A model generated the notes under the pieces. That model did no database searches and was not told the DNA's origin. It was given only the letters and a program-made list of their open reading frames with translations. From contig JAEYEN010000024.1 in the NCBI GenBank assembly GCA_023403375.1, forward strand, positions 1 to 43,404: a stretch of 43,404 bases of DNA, written 5' to 3'. Position numbers and translations under genes: made by a program. Shown here piece after piece: positions 35,575-43,404 of this stretch (position 1 is the first letter of the stretch; every line of letters begins with the position of its first letter). The stretch is from Bacillota bacterium (GTDB lineage: Bacteria > Bacillota > Clostridia > Christensenellales > Borkfalkiaceae).

Positions 35575-36480
35575 ATGAAAAACAACAGAGGATTAGGAAA
35601 AGGGCTTTCCGCATTATTTTCGGAAACAGAAGAAGACTACGGTAAAAGTTTATTGTTTGACGAGAAAGAAATTTCCGCCAAAGAAAACGTTACCGAAATT
35701 GACATTAGTTCTATTTTCGCAAACCCCAATCAGCCGAGAAAGGTTTTCGACCAGACCGCACTCAGCGAACTTGCGGCTTCTATCAGCAAGCACGGCGTTA
35801 TTATGCCTATCATCGTAAATAAGAGCGGCGACAGGTATATGATAATTGCCGGCGAAAGAAGATTCCGCGCGAGCAAACTTGCAGGGCTTTCTAAAATCCC
35901 CGCTATCATTAAAACCTATAACGAACGTCAGATAAAAGAAATTTCGCTTATAGAAAACTTACAGCGAGAGGACTTAAACCCCATAGAAGCGGCAACCGCT
36001 ATGCGTTCTCTTATGGACGATTACGGATTAACGCAGGAAGATTTGGCGGACAGAATAGGTAAGTCCAGACCTGCCGTTGCCAACACGTTAAGACTATTAT
36101 CTCTCGCGCCCGAAGTTATAAAATTAGTGGCAAACGGAGATTTGTCCGCAGGGCACGCAAGGGCGTTGATACCCGTTCCGCAAGCGGACCAGATAAAAAT
36201 TGCGCAAGGTTCGGTTAAAGACGGATGTTCCGTAAGGGATATAGAGAAAAAAGTTAAAGATTACTTTATGCCGCCCGAAGAAAAAGCCAAAAAGAAAGCG
36301 CGTATTGAACTATCGGCAGAACTTAAAGAACTCGTAAGCGATATGCAACGCGTTTTAGGAACAAAGGTAAACGCCATAGGAAACGACAAAAAAGGCAGAA
36401 TTTACATAGATTATTACACGCGGGACGATTTGGACAGAATAGCCGAATTCTTAGAACTCGTTAAAAATCACAAAAACTAA
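35575..36480 (+). CDS. spo0J: Chromosome partitioning protein ParB/Spo0J
   Basis: 301 aa. N-terminal RGLGKGLSAL, CTP-binding GERRFRAS box, and HTH LTQEDLADRIGKSRPAVANTLRLL. Confidence 0.9.
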   Translation: MKNNRGLGKGLSALFSETEEDYGKSLLFDEKEISAKENVTEIDISSIFANPNQPRKVFDQTALSELAASISKHGVIMPIIVNKSGDRYMIIAGERRFRASKLAGLSKIPAIIKTYNERQIKEISLIENLQREDLNPIEAATAMRSLMDDYGLTQEDLADRIGKSRPAVANTLRLLSLAPEVIKLVANGDLSAGHARALIPVPQADQIKIAQGSVKDGCSVRDIEKKVKDYFMPPEEKAKKKARIELSAELKELVSDMQRVLGTKVNAIGNDKKGRIYIDYYTRDDLDRIAEFLELVKNHKN

Positions 36481-36487
36481 ATTAACC

Positions 36488-36521
36488 GAAAAGGCGAAAG
36501 TTCGCCTTTTCTCATTTTTTT
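36488..36521 (+). terminator. Rho-independent terminator after spo0J
   Basis: GAAAAGGCGAA-AG-TTCGCCTTTTC followed by a T-rich run. Confidence 0.8.
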
Positions 36522-37116
36522 CTTTATAAAAATCAAAAGATTGCCTGTAACAAAATATTTATAAAACTCCCTTGCCGTAAAGATTAAAATTTGATTGCAT
36601 AATCTTTTTATCGGAATAAGTTTATAAAAGCCTTTTTTAGTAAAATTATTTGAGCCCTTTTTTTTGTTTTTTTTCTGCTTTTGAGTTAAAAGTAAAAATA
36701 ATTGTTGCTTCGGAATTGTTGTTTCAGTGCGGAAAAAGTATATTTTTTCAGGCATATCGGTAGATTTTTATCGTATATTCTTTTATTTAAAGTATATTTA
36801 TATCTTTTACGGCTTTTACGGTTTAAGTATATTAACCCACATAAAGAGTAAAATATAATTATCCGAAAATTCGCAAAATAAGCGCGGATAAACATAAAGA
36901 TTAGAGAAAAAGGCATTTATTTCTTAAACTTTGCTATAAACAACTGCGGATAATACCGCGGAAAAGACCGCGTAAACGAATGCGGAAAAAAACGTTTAAT
37001 TTTTACCGAAAAAACGAAATAATTAAATAAAATGGTTAAGAGGCTTATCGTTGAACAAAAGTGCGTTTTTCGTTATTGCCTTTAACCGATAAATTTATTA
37101 AAACAGTATCTAAGAT

Positions 37117-38265
37117 ATGGAAAATAAAAAACTTATAATAACCGTTGTTTGCGACGTTCACGGAGAAGAAACCAACGGACAAACCATTGCCGCAAACAAT
37201 CTTATAAATTATCTTAAAGAAGAAGGACATACCGTCAGAGTTCTTTGCGCCGACAAAGCGGAAGAAGGAAAAGAAGGATATTATCTTTTGCCTGTAAGAA
37301 ATTTCGGAATATTTAACGGGTACTTTAAAAAGAACGGCGTCGCTCTCGCAAAACCCGTTGAAGAAACGATGAAAAGCGCCATATACGGCGCAGACCTTGT
37401 TCATGTTATTCTGCCATTTAAACTTGGCAGAATGTGCGCCAAAATGGCAAAAGACGCGGGCATTCCCGTTTCTTCCGGCTGCCATTTGCTTGCAGATAAC
37501 TTTTCGTCGCACTTTTTTATGAATAACTCTTATTTGTTCAACAGGCTTGTTTATAAACATTACAACAAAACCTATAAACTGTGCGACACTTTGCATTACG
37601 TTTCGGAGAAAATGCGCGACATTCAGGAAAAATTTTACGTTCCTAAAAACGGAGAAGTTATTTCTAACGGCGTGAACGACATGTTCAGAAATCTGCCCGA
37701 GAACAATTTTGAGAGGCTTGACAAAATAAATATTCTTTACACGGGCAGATACTGTAAAGAAAAGAATCAGTTAATTTTAATAAAGGCGATAAAACATTCT
37801 AAATATAAAGATAAAATACAACTTTATCTTGCCGGAACGGGACCCTATAAAAAACTCTTGAAAAATGCGGGAAAATCTCTACCTAATCCCCCGATAATGA
37901 AGGTATATTCGAGAGAAGAGATGGTCGCTTTAATGTCAGACGCTTATATTTACGTTCACGCGGCAAGCGCGGAAGCGGAGGGGATAGCGTGTATGGAAGC
38001 CATAACCGCAGGCGTTGTTCCTATTATTTCGGATTCTAAAAAGACCGCTACGAAAGAATACGCTCTTACGGATAAATCTTTATTTAAAAACAACAACGCA
38101 AAAGATTTGGCAAACAAAATAGATTGGTGGATAGAGCACCCCGAAAAGCGCGCCGAATACTCTAAACTATACAGGGAAGAAGCCAACGACCTTTTTGACC
38201 AGAATACCTGTATGAAAAGACTTTCGGAACTATTGTATAATACGGCAATAGAGCGTTGCTTATAA
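37117..38265 (+). CDS. Glycosyltransferase family 4 (GT-B fold)
   Basis: 382 aa. C-terminal GT1/GT4 signature region (YVHAASAEAEGIACMEAITAGVVPIISD). Confidence 0.8.
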   Translation: MENKKLIITVVCDVHGEETNGQTIAANNLINYLKEEGHTVRVLCADKAEEGKEGYYLLPVRNFGIFNGYFKKNGVALAKPVEETMKSAIYGADLVHVILPFKLGRMCAKMAKDAGIPVSSGCHLLADNFSSHFFMNNSYLFNRLVYKHYNKTYKLCDTLHYVSEKMRDIQEKFYVPKNGEVISNGVNDMFRNLPENNFERLDKINILYTGRYCKEKNQLILIKAIKHSKYKDKIQLYLAGTGPYKKLLKNAGKSLPNPPIMKVYSREEMVALMSDAYIYVHAASAEAEGIACMEAITAGVVPIISDSKKTATKEYALTDKSLFKNNNAKDLANKIDWWIEHPEKRAEYSKLYREEANDLFDQNTCMKRLSELLYNTAIERCL

Positions 38266-38277
38266 TTTTTTCGGAAT

Positions 38278-38318
38278 AAAAAAATCTCTCTTTAATAAAG
38301 AGAGATTTTTCTTTTTTT
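38278..38318. terminator. Bidirectional terminator between the GT4 gene and jag
   Basis: AAAAATCTCTCTTTA-AT-AAAGAGAGATTTTT flanked by A/T runs. Confidence 0.75.
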
Positions 38319-38351
38319 AAGAATTTTTCCGCTTATATTTTGATTAAAAAA

Positions 38352-39167
38352 TCAGTTGTCTTTTTTAAGACTGTTTCCTAAATAAGTGCCGAATGCGGAA
38401 GGCGTTTTTCTTTTTTCCGCTTCGCCGTAAGATTTCTTAAATCCGCCGCGATTTCCGCCCTTAAAGCCTCTTTTGTCGCCGCGTCTGTTATTATGCCTGT
38501 CGTCTTTTCCGTGTCTTCTGTCGCTGTTTCTGCCTGCATTATAGGGTTTAGAGTATTCGTCTAAATCGTTAGGAACGATAACTACGTATCTGTTGGGTTC
38601 TTTGCCTTCGCTCTTCGTCGTAACCGTTTCGCTGTTGGAAAGGGCGGTGTGGATAATTCTTCTTTCAAAAGGAATCATCGCTTCTAAAATTACTTCTCTT
38701 CTCATTTCTGTCGCTTTTTCTTCTAATTTATGAGCGAGTTTGATAAGAGTTTCTTCTCTTCTTTCTCTGTAATTTTCGCAATTTACGGTAACTTTTTCGT
38801 ATTCTTTTTTGCCGATGTTAAGCGCCGCGCCTGCCAAAGTTTGGAGAGCGTCTAACACTTCGCCGCGGTAACCGATAACTTCGGAAGATTTTTCCGCTAT
38901 AACGTTGATTATAGGTTCTGCTCCTTCGATGAGTTCGGCTTTTGCGTTTACGTCTAAAAGTTTTAATACTTCTTTAACGAAATCCAACGCTTTTTCGTTT
39001 CCGTCGGGTTTTTTCTCTATACTGATAACCGCTTTTCCTTTAAGTTTTCCGAAAAGACCTTTGGTCGGTTCTTCAAGAACCGTTATCGTGGAGTTATTTT
39101 CGTTTAATCCCGTTTCTTCGTAGGCTGATTTTATCGCTTCTTCAACCGTTTTTCCTGTAAATTCCAT
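38352..39167 (-). CDS. jag: RNA-binding protein Jag/KhpB (Jag_N + KH + R3H) with an RG-rich tail
   Basis: 271 aa. N-terminal MEFTGKTVEEAI, R3H-like ERRIIHTAL, and a C-terminal RRGDKRGFKGGNRGGFKK tail. Confidence 0.88.
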   Translation of the reverse strand: MEFTGKTVEEAIKSAYEETGLNENNSTITVLEEPTKGLFGKLKGKAVISIEKKPDGNEKALDFVKEVLKLLDVNAKAELIEGAEPIINVIAEKSSEVIGYRGEVLDALQTLAGAALNIGKKEYEKVTVNCENYRERREETLIKLAHKLEEKATEMRREVILEAMIPFERRIIHTALSNSETVTTKSEGKEPNRYVVIVPNDLDEYSKPYNAGRNSDRRHGKDDRHNNRRGDKRGFKGGNRGGFKKSYGEAEKRKTPSAFGTYLGNSLKKDN

Positions 39168-39199
39168 TATAAACCTCCTGCGCGACTTCGCGCTTTTAC

Positions 39200-40708
39200 T
39201 TATTTCTTTCTGCCACGCAGATATTTCTTTCCGCCGTTAATAAAATCGGGCTTTTCTTCTTCTTTTTTCTTTTTGCTCTTCTTTTCGGGCTGCGGTTCTT
39301 CTTTCGGAATATAAACTCTGCCCCTTATTTTTTCGGGTTCTTTATTGCCTTCTTTTTTCTTAAATCTTAAATCTATAATATAGTTTATCAATAGGGTAAA
39401 GGCAATGGTTATAACCTGAGATAATATCATGTAGATAGAGAACGCCGCGGTATACATAAACGCGAATACAGCCATCAATATAGGCATCATCCACATCATT
39501 ATCTTTTGCGTCTGCGCGCCTTGTCCGTCTACCGTTTGAAGTTCCATTGCCGCTTTCTGGCTCTTACTTAAAACAAACTGTGCCAAAAGCGAAATGCCTG
39601 CCGTTATAATTGCAAGAATAAAGTAACCGTTCGCTTCGGTTGTCTGCGTTTCTAAATCGGCGATAAGAAGTTTATAAGTATCTTCGCTCATATTAGAAAC
39701 TTCGCCGTCTTTGGTTTTGTATTCGTGAACGGACTTGAATTTTTCCCACGAACTTTCTACGGGGTGAGCAAGGGGGCTGTCCGCCACCCAGATGTTTTTA
39801 ACCCACAAGAAACTGCTGTTGTCCGCTTTATACTGTTTGCCCGCCATAACGCTGCCTACGTTTTGTAAAAACGTAAGTTCGTCAATCTCGGTGCCTTCGG
39901 TATATTCGTCGTAATTTTTATCTTCTATTTTTAAGAAGTTATTTTTTTCGGATAAAGATTTAACGTCCGGCTGATTTACGGATAACTCTTTTATTTTGCC
40001 GCTAATCAGAGAATAAACGCCGCTTCCCGAAGAATAATAATTTTCTCCGTCTACGGTATAGAATTGTTTATACTTAACGTAACCGTTAGAAGAATTTATA
40101 ATATAGTAATTGCCGTTTTCGCCTTCGGAACCTTTTTCTACGTTGTAAGTAATTCCGTTAGAATTAAAGTTTCCGTCCGCGTCTAATTCTTTATTTACTA
40201 TCTGATAATTATCGTAAACAAGTTTTCCTTCTTTTTCGTTATATTTAACAACTTCGTCGTCAATTTCCATACCGGCGTAAATAGCGTTGTTATACGCAAC
40301 GCTCATATCGTAAAAATACTTTTTATTGACGTATTTAGAATAGCCGTTGAATGCGGAAATAGCCACTATAAATATTACAAGCGTAACGATAGTGGGAAGG
40401 CAGGCGCCGAACATAGAATAACCGTTCTTTTTATAGAGCGCCATCATTTTCTGATTATATAATTGTTTATCGTTTGCGTACTGTTTTTGAAGTTTTTCTA
40501 AGTCAGGGCGCATTTTTTCCATAATAAGCGAGTTTTTACGCATCTGTATTCTGGAAATAGCGTCAAACGGAATGGTTATAAGTTTAAGAAAAACCGTAAA
40601 CAATATAACGCCCCACGCAATGGAAGAACAAATTCCGACTATCCACGCGATAACCGAAACCAACCCTTCAATCTGGGGTGCGACGAACAAGATTTCTGTA
40701 ATATTCAT
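39200..40708 (-). CDS. yidC: Membrane protein insertase YidC/Oxa1 family with a ~240-aa internal insertion
   Basis: 502 aa. Conserved core segments (MRPDLEKLQKQY, GCLPTIVTLVIF, MMWMMPILMAVF) are separated by a long Asn/Tyr-rich soluble segment. Confidence 0.85.
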   Translation of the reverse strand: MNITEILFVAPQIEGLVSVIAWIVGICSSIAWGVILFTVFLKLITIPFDAISRIQMRKNSLIMEKMRPDLEKLQKQYANDKQLYNQKMMALYKKNGYSMFGACLPTIVTLVIFIVAISAFNGYSKYVNKKYFYDMSVAYNNAIYAGMEIDDEVVKYNEKEGKLVYDNYQIVNKELDADGNFNSNGITYNVEKGSEGENGNYYIINSSNGYVKYKQFYTVDGENYYSSGSGVYSLISGKIKELSVNQPDVKSLSEKNNFLKIEDKNYDEYTEGTEIDELTFLQNVGSVMAGKQYKADNSSFLWVKNIWVADSPLAHPVESSWEKFKSVHEYKTKDGEVSNMSEDTYKLLIADLETQTTEANGYFILAIITAGISLLAQFVLSKSQKAAMELQTVDGQGAQTQKIMMWMMPILMAVFAFMYTAAFSIYMILSQVITIAFTLLINYIIDLRFKKKEGNKEPEKIRGRVYIPKEEPQPEKKSKKKKEEEKPDFINGGKKYLRGRKK

Positions 40709-40709
40709 A

Positions 40710-40973
40710 TTAGTATACCCATTTTAAAACACTTTTTTTATCGGGAACTTTATCGAAGCCGCCTTTTGACCACGGCATACATCTGATTATTCTTAACGTA
40801 CCTAAAAATATACCTACTATTATGCCCCTTTTTAATATTGCTTCAATCATATACTGAGAGCAAGAGGGGATAAATCTGCACGTTCCCTTTGATAAGAATT
40901 TCTGATAAAATTTAATCAGCGTTATCGGAAGAAGTTTTAACAAACGGTGAATTTTCTTTAATATAATTTTCAT
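40710..40973 (-). CDS. yidD: Membrane protein insertion efficiency factor YidD
   Basis: 87 aa. Motifs CRFIPSCSQYMIEAI and GGFDKVP. Confidence 0.85.
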   Translation of the reverse strand: MKIILKKIHRLLKLLPITLIKFYQKFLSKGTCRFIPSCSQYMIEAILKRGIIVGIFLGTLRIIRCMPWSKGGFDKVPDKKSVLKWVY

Positions 40974-41292
40974 CGTTAAAAAAACCCCCTTTTTTTAAAA
41001 GATACCCCATATCTTTTTTAATATCTTCCAATCTATACTCTTCTTTTACTTTCGGTATAAAAACAAAAAAGAAGTCTTGCCTTAAAAAAGGCAAAAAACT
41101 TCTGAAACTTTCTCTTAAATATCTCTTGATTTTGTTTCTTTTAACGCTGCCGCCGTGTTTTTTTCCGACGGCAAACCCAACTTTCAACGAATTTTGTTTA
41201 ATATATAAAAGAGTGAGATTATTAGAAAATAATCTCTTTCCTTTACCGAAAACTAAATTAAAATCTTTTTCTCTTTTTAATCTGTAATCCAA
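40912..41292 (-). CDS. rnpA: Ribonuclease P protein component
   Basis: 126 aa with a TTG start. Motifs LKREKDFNLVFGKGKR and GFAVGKKHGGSVKRNKIKR. Overlaps yidD by 62 nt. Confidence 0.85.
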   Translation of the reverse strand: MDYRLKREKDFNLVFGKGKRLFSNNLTLLYIKQNSLKVGFAVGKKHGGSVKRNKIKRYLRESFRSFLPFLRQDFFFVFIPKVKEEYRLEDIKKDMGYLLKKGGFFNDENYIKENSPFVKTSSDNAD

Positions 41293-41318
41293 CTTTAAAT
41301 ACCGAAAATCAGAAAAAT

Positions 41319-41453
41319 TTAAGCGGAAAGTTTATGACGACCTTTATTTCTGCGTCTTTTAAGAACGTTCTTTCCCGAACGTGTTTTCATTCTTTCTCTG
41401 AATCCGTGAACTTTGCTTCTTTGTCTTTTCTTAGGCTGGTAAGTCTGTTTCAT
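41319..41453 (-). CDS. rpmH: 50S ribosomal protein L34
   Basis: Not in the ORF track because it is under 60 aa. Hand translation: [50 protein letters not shown] ribosome-binding site upstream. Confidence 0.92.
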   Translation of the reverse strand: MKQTYQPKKRQRSKVHGFRERMKTRSGKNVLKRRRNKGRHKLSA

Positions 41454-41536
41454 AATTATCTCCTTAAAACGCCTGCCGCGTATTTTTTAATTTTATTTTT
41501 TATTTTCTTTTTCGGCAAAAAACCGCCGACTTATTT

Positions 41537-41565
41537 ATTTTATTGTTTTTTTAACCTTTTGTCAA
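41537..41565 (-). promoter_or_regulatory. Sigma-A promoter of rpmH-rnpA
   Basis: Minus strand TTGACA (41560-41565), 17 nt, TAAAAT (41537-41542). Confidence 0.55.
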
Positions 41566-41570
41566 TTAAA

Positions 41571-42671
41571 TTAAGAGTTTATTCTTACCGGTAACACCAG
41601 ATAAGAGAAGTTTTTATCGCCGATAGGGGATAAAATACAGGGGTCTATCGCGGAATTAAGTTTTATAGTTACGAATTCTTCGTCTATAATTTTCAAAAAG
41701 TCCATAATATACTTTCCGTTAAATGATATATAAAGGTCTTTTCCGTTTAACGTTATTCCTATATTTTCGTTAACGTTACCTATTTCCGATTTAGCCGAAA
41801 CCGTCATATAATCTTCGTTTATATCGAAGTTTACAAAATTATATCTGTCGTTTTTAGCGACGATAGAAGCCCTTTCTATACTATTTAAAAGCGCGGTTTT
41901 ATTAACCGTTACAACGTTATTGAACGTTGTGGGAAGAATATGGTTATAGTTGACGAAATCGCCTTCTATAAGTCTTGATATAAGCGTAGTGTTTTCAACT
42001 TCTATAAACAACGAATTATTTTGTAAAATAACTTTAAGTTTTTCTTCGTCTTTATCCAAAAGCCTTGTTATCTCTTGAAGAGTTCTAGACGGAATAACCG
42101 CCTTAAAATCTCCGCTCGCTTCCGTTTCTTTCTTTAAAACCGCCATTCTGTAACCGTCTAACGAAACGACCGTTAAAACTCCGTCCTTAACTTCAAACAA
42201 GCAACCCTTTAATATAGGTCTGCTGTCGTCAAGCGCGCAGGCAAAAACCGTTCTTTCTATAATCTTCTTAAATTCTTTCTGGGAAAGAATAAAATAGTTC
42301 CCGTCGGTTGTCTTTTCTATCACGGGATAGTTTTCCGCAGGATACACCTGCAATTCGCTTGAAGAATCGGAATATTTAATCTGCAACTGCCCGTCTTCTA
42401 TTTTGCAAAGTTCTATCTGTTCGTTCTGTAACTTTTTAACGAATTCCACAAAATATTTACCTACAACGACGGTTTCGCCTTCCATAAGCACTTCCGCTTT
42501 AATGGTTTTTTCGATAGTAATTTCCATATCGGAAGCAAGAAGGGTAAGCGTTTCGCCTTTTGCGGTAATCTTTATACCTTCTAAAACAGGGTTAGAAGAT
42601 TTTACAGGCAACGCTTTGCTTACTTTAAGCACCGCGTCAGATAAATCCAAACCGTCGCAAATCAATTTCAT
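41571..42671 (-). CDS. dnaN: DNA polymerase III beta sliding clamp
   Basis: I chose the start at MKLICDG (ATG 42671, GGAG 9 nt upstream). This gives 366 aa with typical three-domain length and an N-terminus L..AV..V..A.P. Confidence 0.9.
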   Translation of the reverse strand: MKLICDGLDLSDAVLKVSKALPVKSSNPVLEGIKITAKGETLTLLASDMEITIEKTIKAEVLMEGETVVVGKYFVEFVKKLQNEQIELCKIEDGQLQIKYSDSSSELQVYPAENYPVIEKTTDGNYFILSQKEFKKIIERTVFACALDDSRPILKGCLFEVKDGVLTVVSLDGYRMAVLKKETEASGDFKAVIPSRTLQEITRLLDKDEEKLKVILQNNSLFIEVENTTLISRLIEGDFVNYNHILPTTFNNVVTVNKTALLNSIERASIVAKNDRYNFVNFDINEDYMTVSAKSEIGNVNENIGITLNGKDLYISFNGKYIMDFLKIIDEEFVTIKLNSAIDPCILSPIGDKNFSYLVLPVRINS

Positions 42672-42779
42672 AAAAATTTTCTCCGATAAAATAAAGTAAA
42701 AATAATTTTTTGTAAATAATATATATACGGACATATTATATAATATATAGAATTAAAAAGCAAGTTTTTTCGACTTTAA

Positions 42780-43180
42780 TAGAGAATATAGTTTAAGGGA
42801 ATTTTTTTAAAAAAAAGGACGGAATTTTTTGTTATTTTTTTATTTTTATTTATTTTTTAAATTTAAAATATAAGTATTATTCTTATTAACTAGTGGAAAA
42901 GTTGATAACTCAAAAATTATCAGATAAAACCTTATAAAAATCATCTTGATAAAAAGTTAAATTTTTGTGGAATAAACATTGATAAAATAAAAATAAAGTG
43001 GATAACTTTTTTAAACGAAAAGAAAAAGTAAAAAAAAGGGGACAAATTAAAATAAAATAATCGTAAAAATAAGAAAATCCCGAAAAGTTGATAAAAATGT
43101 AAAATAAAAGTTGATAACTTTTTAGTTACTTACAAAACAAAAAATAATTGATAAAAACAAATAACCGTGTTATAATTTTC
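42780..43180. other. oriC-like region: co-oriented DnaA-box variants plus an AT-rich unwinding-type stretch
   Basis: Boxes: AGTTGATAA at 42900, 43086 and 43109; AGTGGATAA at 42997; TGTGGAATA at 42966; ATTGATAAA at 42978; CTTGATAAA at 42945; AATTGATAA at 43146. A stretch above 90% AT lies at 42800-42890. Confidence 0.55.
43148..43176 (+). promoter_or_regulatory. Sigma-A promoter placing the TSS at the rsmG ATG (leaderless candidate)
   Basis: TTGATA (43148-43153), 17 nt, TATAAT (43171-43176). The ATG is at 43183 and has no SD. Confidence 0.45.
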
Positions 43181-43182
43181 TT

Positions 43183-43404
43183 ATGAAAAGTTTGAAAGAG
43201 ATACTTGCCGAAAACGAAATAGTTTTATCGGAAGACAAATTAAAAAAGTTTGAAAAATACTACGAGATTTTAGTTTTCTATAACGAAAAATTCAACATAA
43301 CCGCAATTACCGAAAGAGAAGAAGTGTATATAAAACATTTTTGCGACAGTCTGATAGGGTTAAAATATTTTAACTGTGAAAATGTTGATAACTTAATAGA
43401 CGTC
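43183..43404 (+). CDS. rsmG: 16S rRNA (guanine527-N7)-methyltransferase RsmG/GidB, 5' partial (runs off the window)
   Basis: Hand translation: MKSLKEILAENEIVLSEDKLKKFEKYYEILVFYNEKFNITAITEREEVYIKHFCDSL. This matches the RsmG N-terminal pattern (NLTAI..EE...KHF.DSL). Confidence 0.85.
   Translation, partial: MKSLKEILAENEIVLSEDKLKKFEKYYEILVFYNEKFNITAITEREEVYIKHFCDSLIGLKYFNCENVDNLIDV

Noticed and set aside
42672-42734. The 21-codon extension of dnaN (MSVYILFTKNYFYFILSEKIF).
   Set aside because: It has no ribosome-binding site and is AT-rich junk. The ATG at 42671 has GGAG 9 nt upstream and gives a typical 366-aa clamp.
1481-43404. Long ORFs antisense to or overlapping confident genes. Examples: 1481-1963, 2115-2711, 2345-2839, 5676-6158, 6341-6817, 8377-8916, 10382-10753, 10855-11280, 17228-17731, 19449-20087, 20453-20899, 22267-22688, 25743-26270, 32641-33111 and 37045-37596.
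   Set aside because: These are shadow frames of well-supported genes. They are Arg/Ser/Phe-rich or low-complexity and show no motifs.
1-43404. Mobile elements: I looked for IS elements, transposases, integrases, terminal inverted repeats, and restriction-modification, toxin-antitoxin or defence gene cassettes.
   Set aside because: No ORF shows DDE, serine-recombinase, tyrosine-recombinase, methyltransferase or nuclease motifs. The only traces of mobility are the tRNA 3'-end duplicates and the compositional islands.

Overview
This is a 43.4-kb origin-proximal chromosomal segment of a low-GC, endospore-forming Firmicute. It looks Clostridia-like: sleB, spoIIR and yyaC are present, and the core genes are CpG-rich. 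Contents, left to right: (1) sleB-spoIIR and cardiolipin synthase. (2) An 8.6-kb minus-strand aromatic supraoperon, aroF-tyrA-aroB-aroA-aroC-pheA-aroE::aroK-aroQ, covering all seven shikimate steps plus the Phe and Tyr branches. It appears to be controlled by a Phe/Tyr-rich leader-peptide attenuator. (3) Divergent from it, a Trp (UGG) T-box leader in front of an orphan trpB2. (4) A compositionally foreign lipoprotein gene next to tRNA-Arg(ACG), with decayed tRNA copies between them. (5) A housekeeping block: deoR-cysE-cysS-alaS (short form), serS, a LOG-family gene and a MATE transporter. (6) An AT-rich accessory patch with 144-bp tandem repeats, a holin-like two-gene remnant and yyaC. (7) Three clustered parS sites. 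(8) A ~3.6-kb ORF-free AT-rich region carrying at least 12 co-oriented pairs of TTTTG(A/T)ACAAAA boxes at an almost invariant 18-bp offset. This is the most unusual feature and I could not assign it to a known family. (9) ftsH, soj-spo0J and a GT4 glycosyltransferase. (10) jag-yidC-yidD-rnpA-rpmH-dnaN on the minus strand. (11) A DnaA-box/AT-rich oriC-like region abutting rsmG, with no dnaA gene in its canonical position. I saw no transposase, integrase, CRISPR array or rRNA gene.
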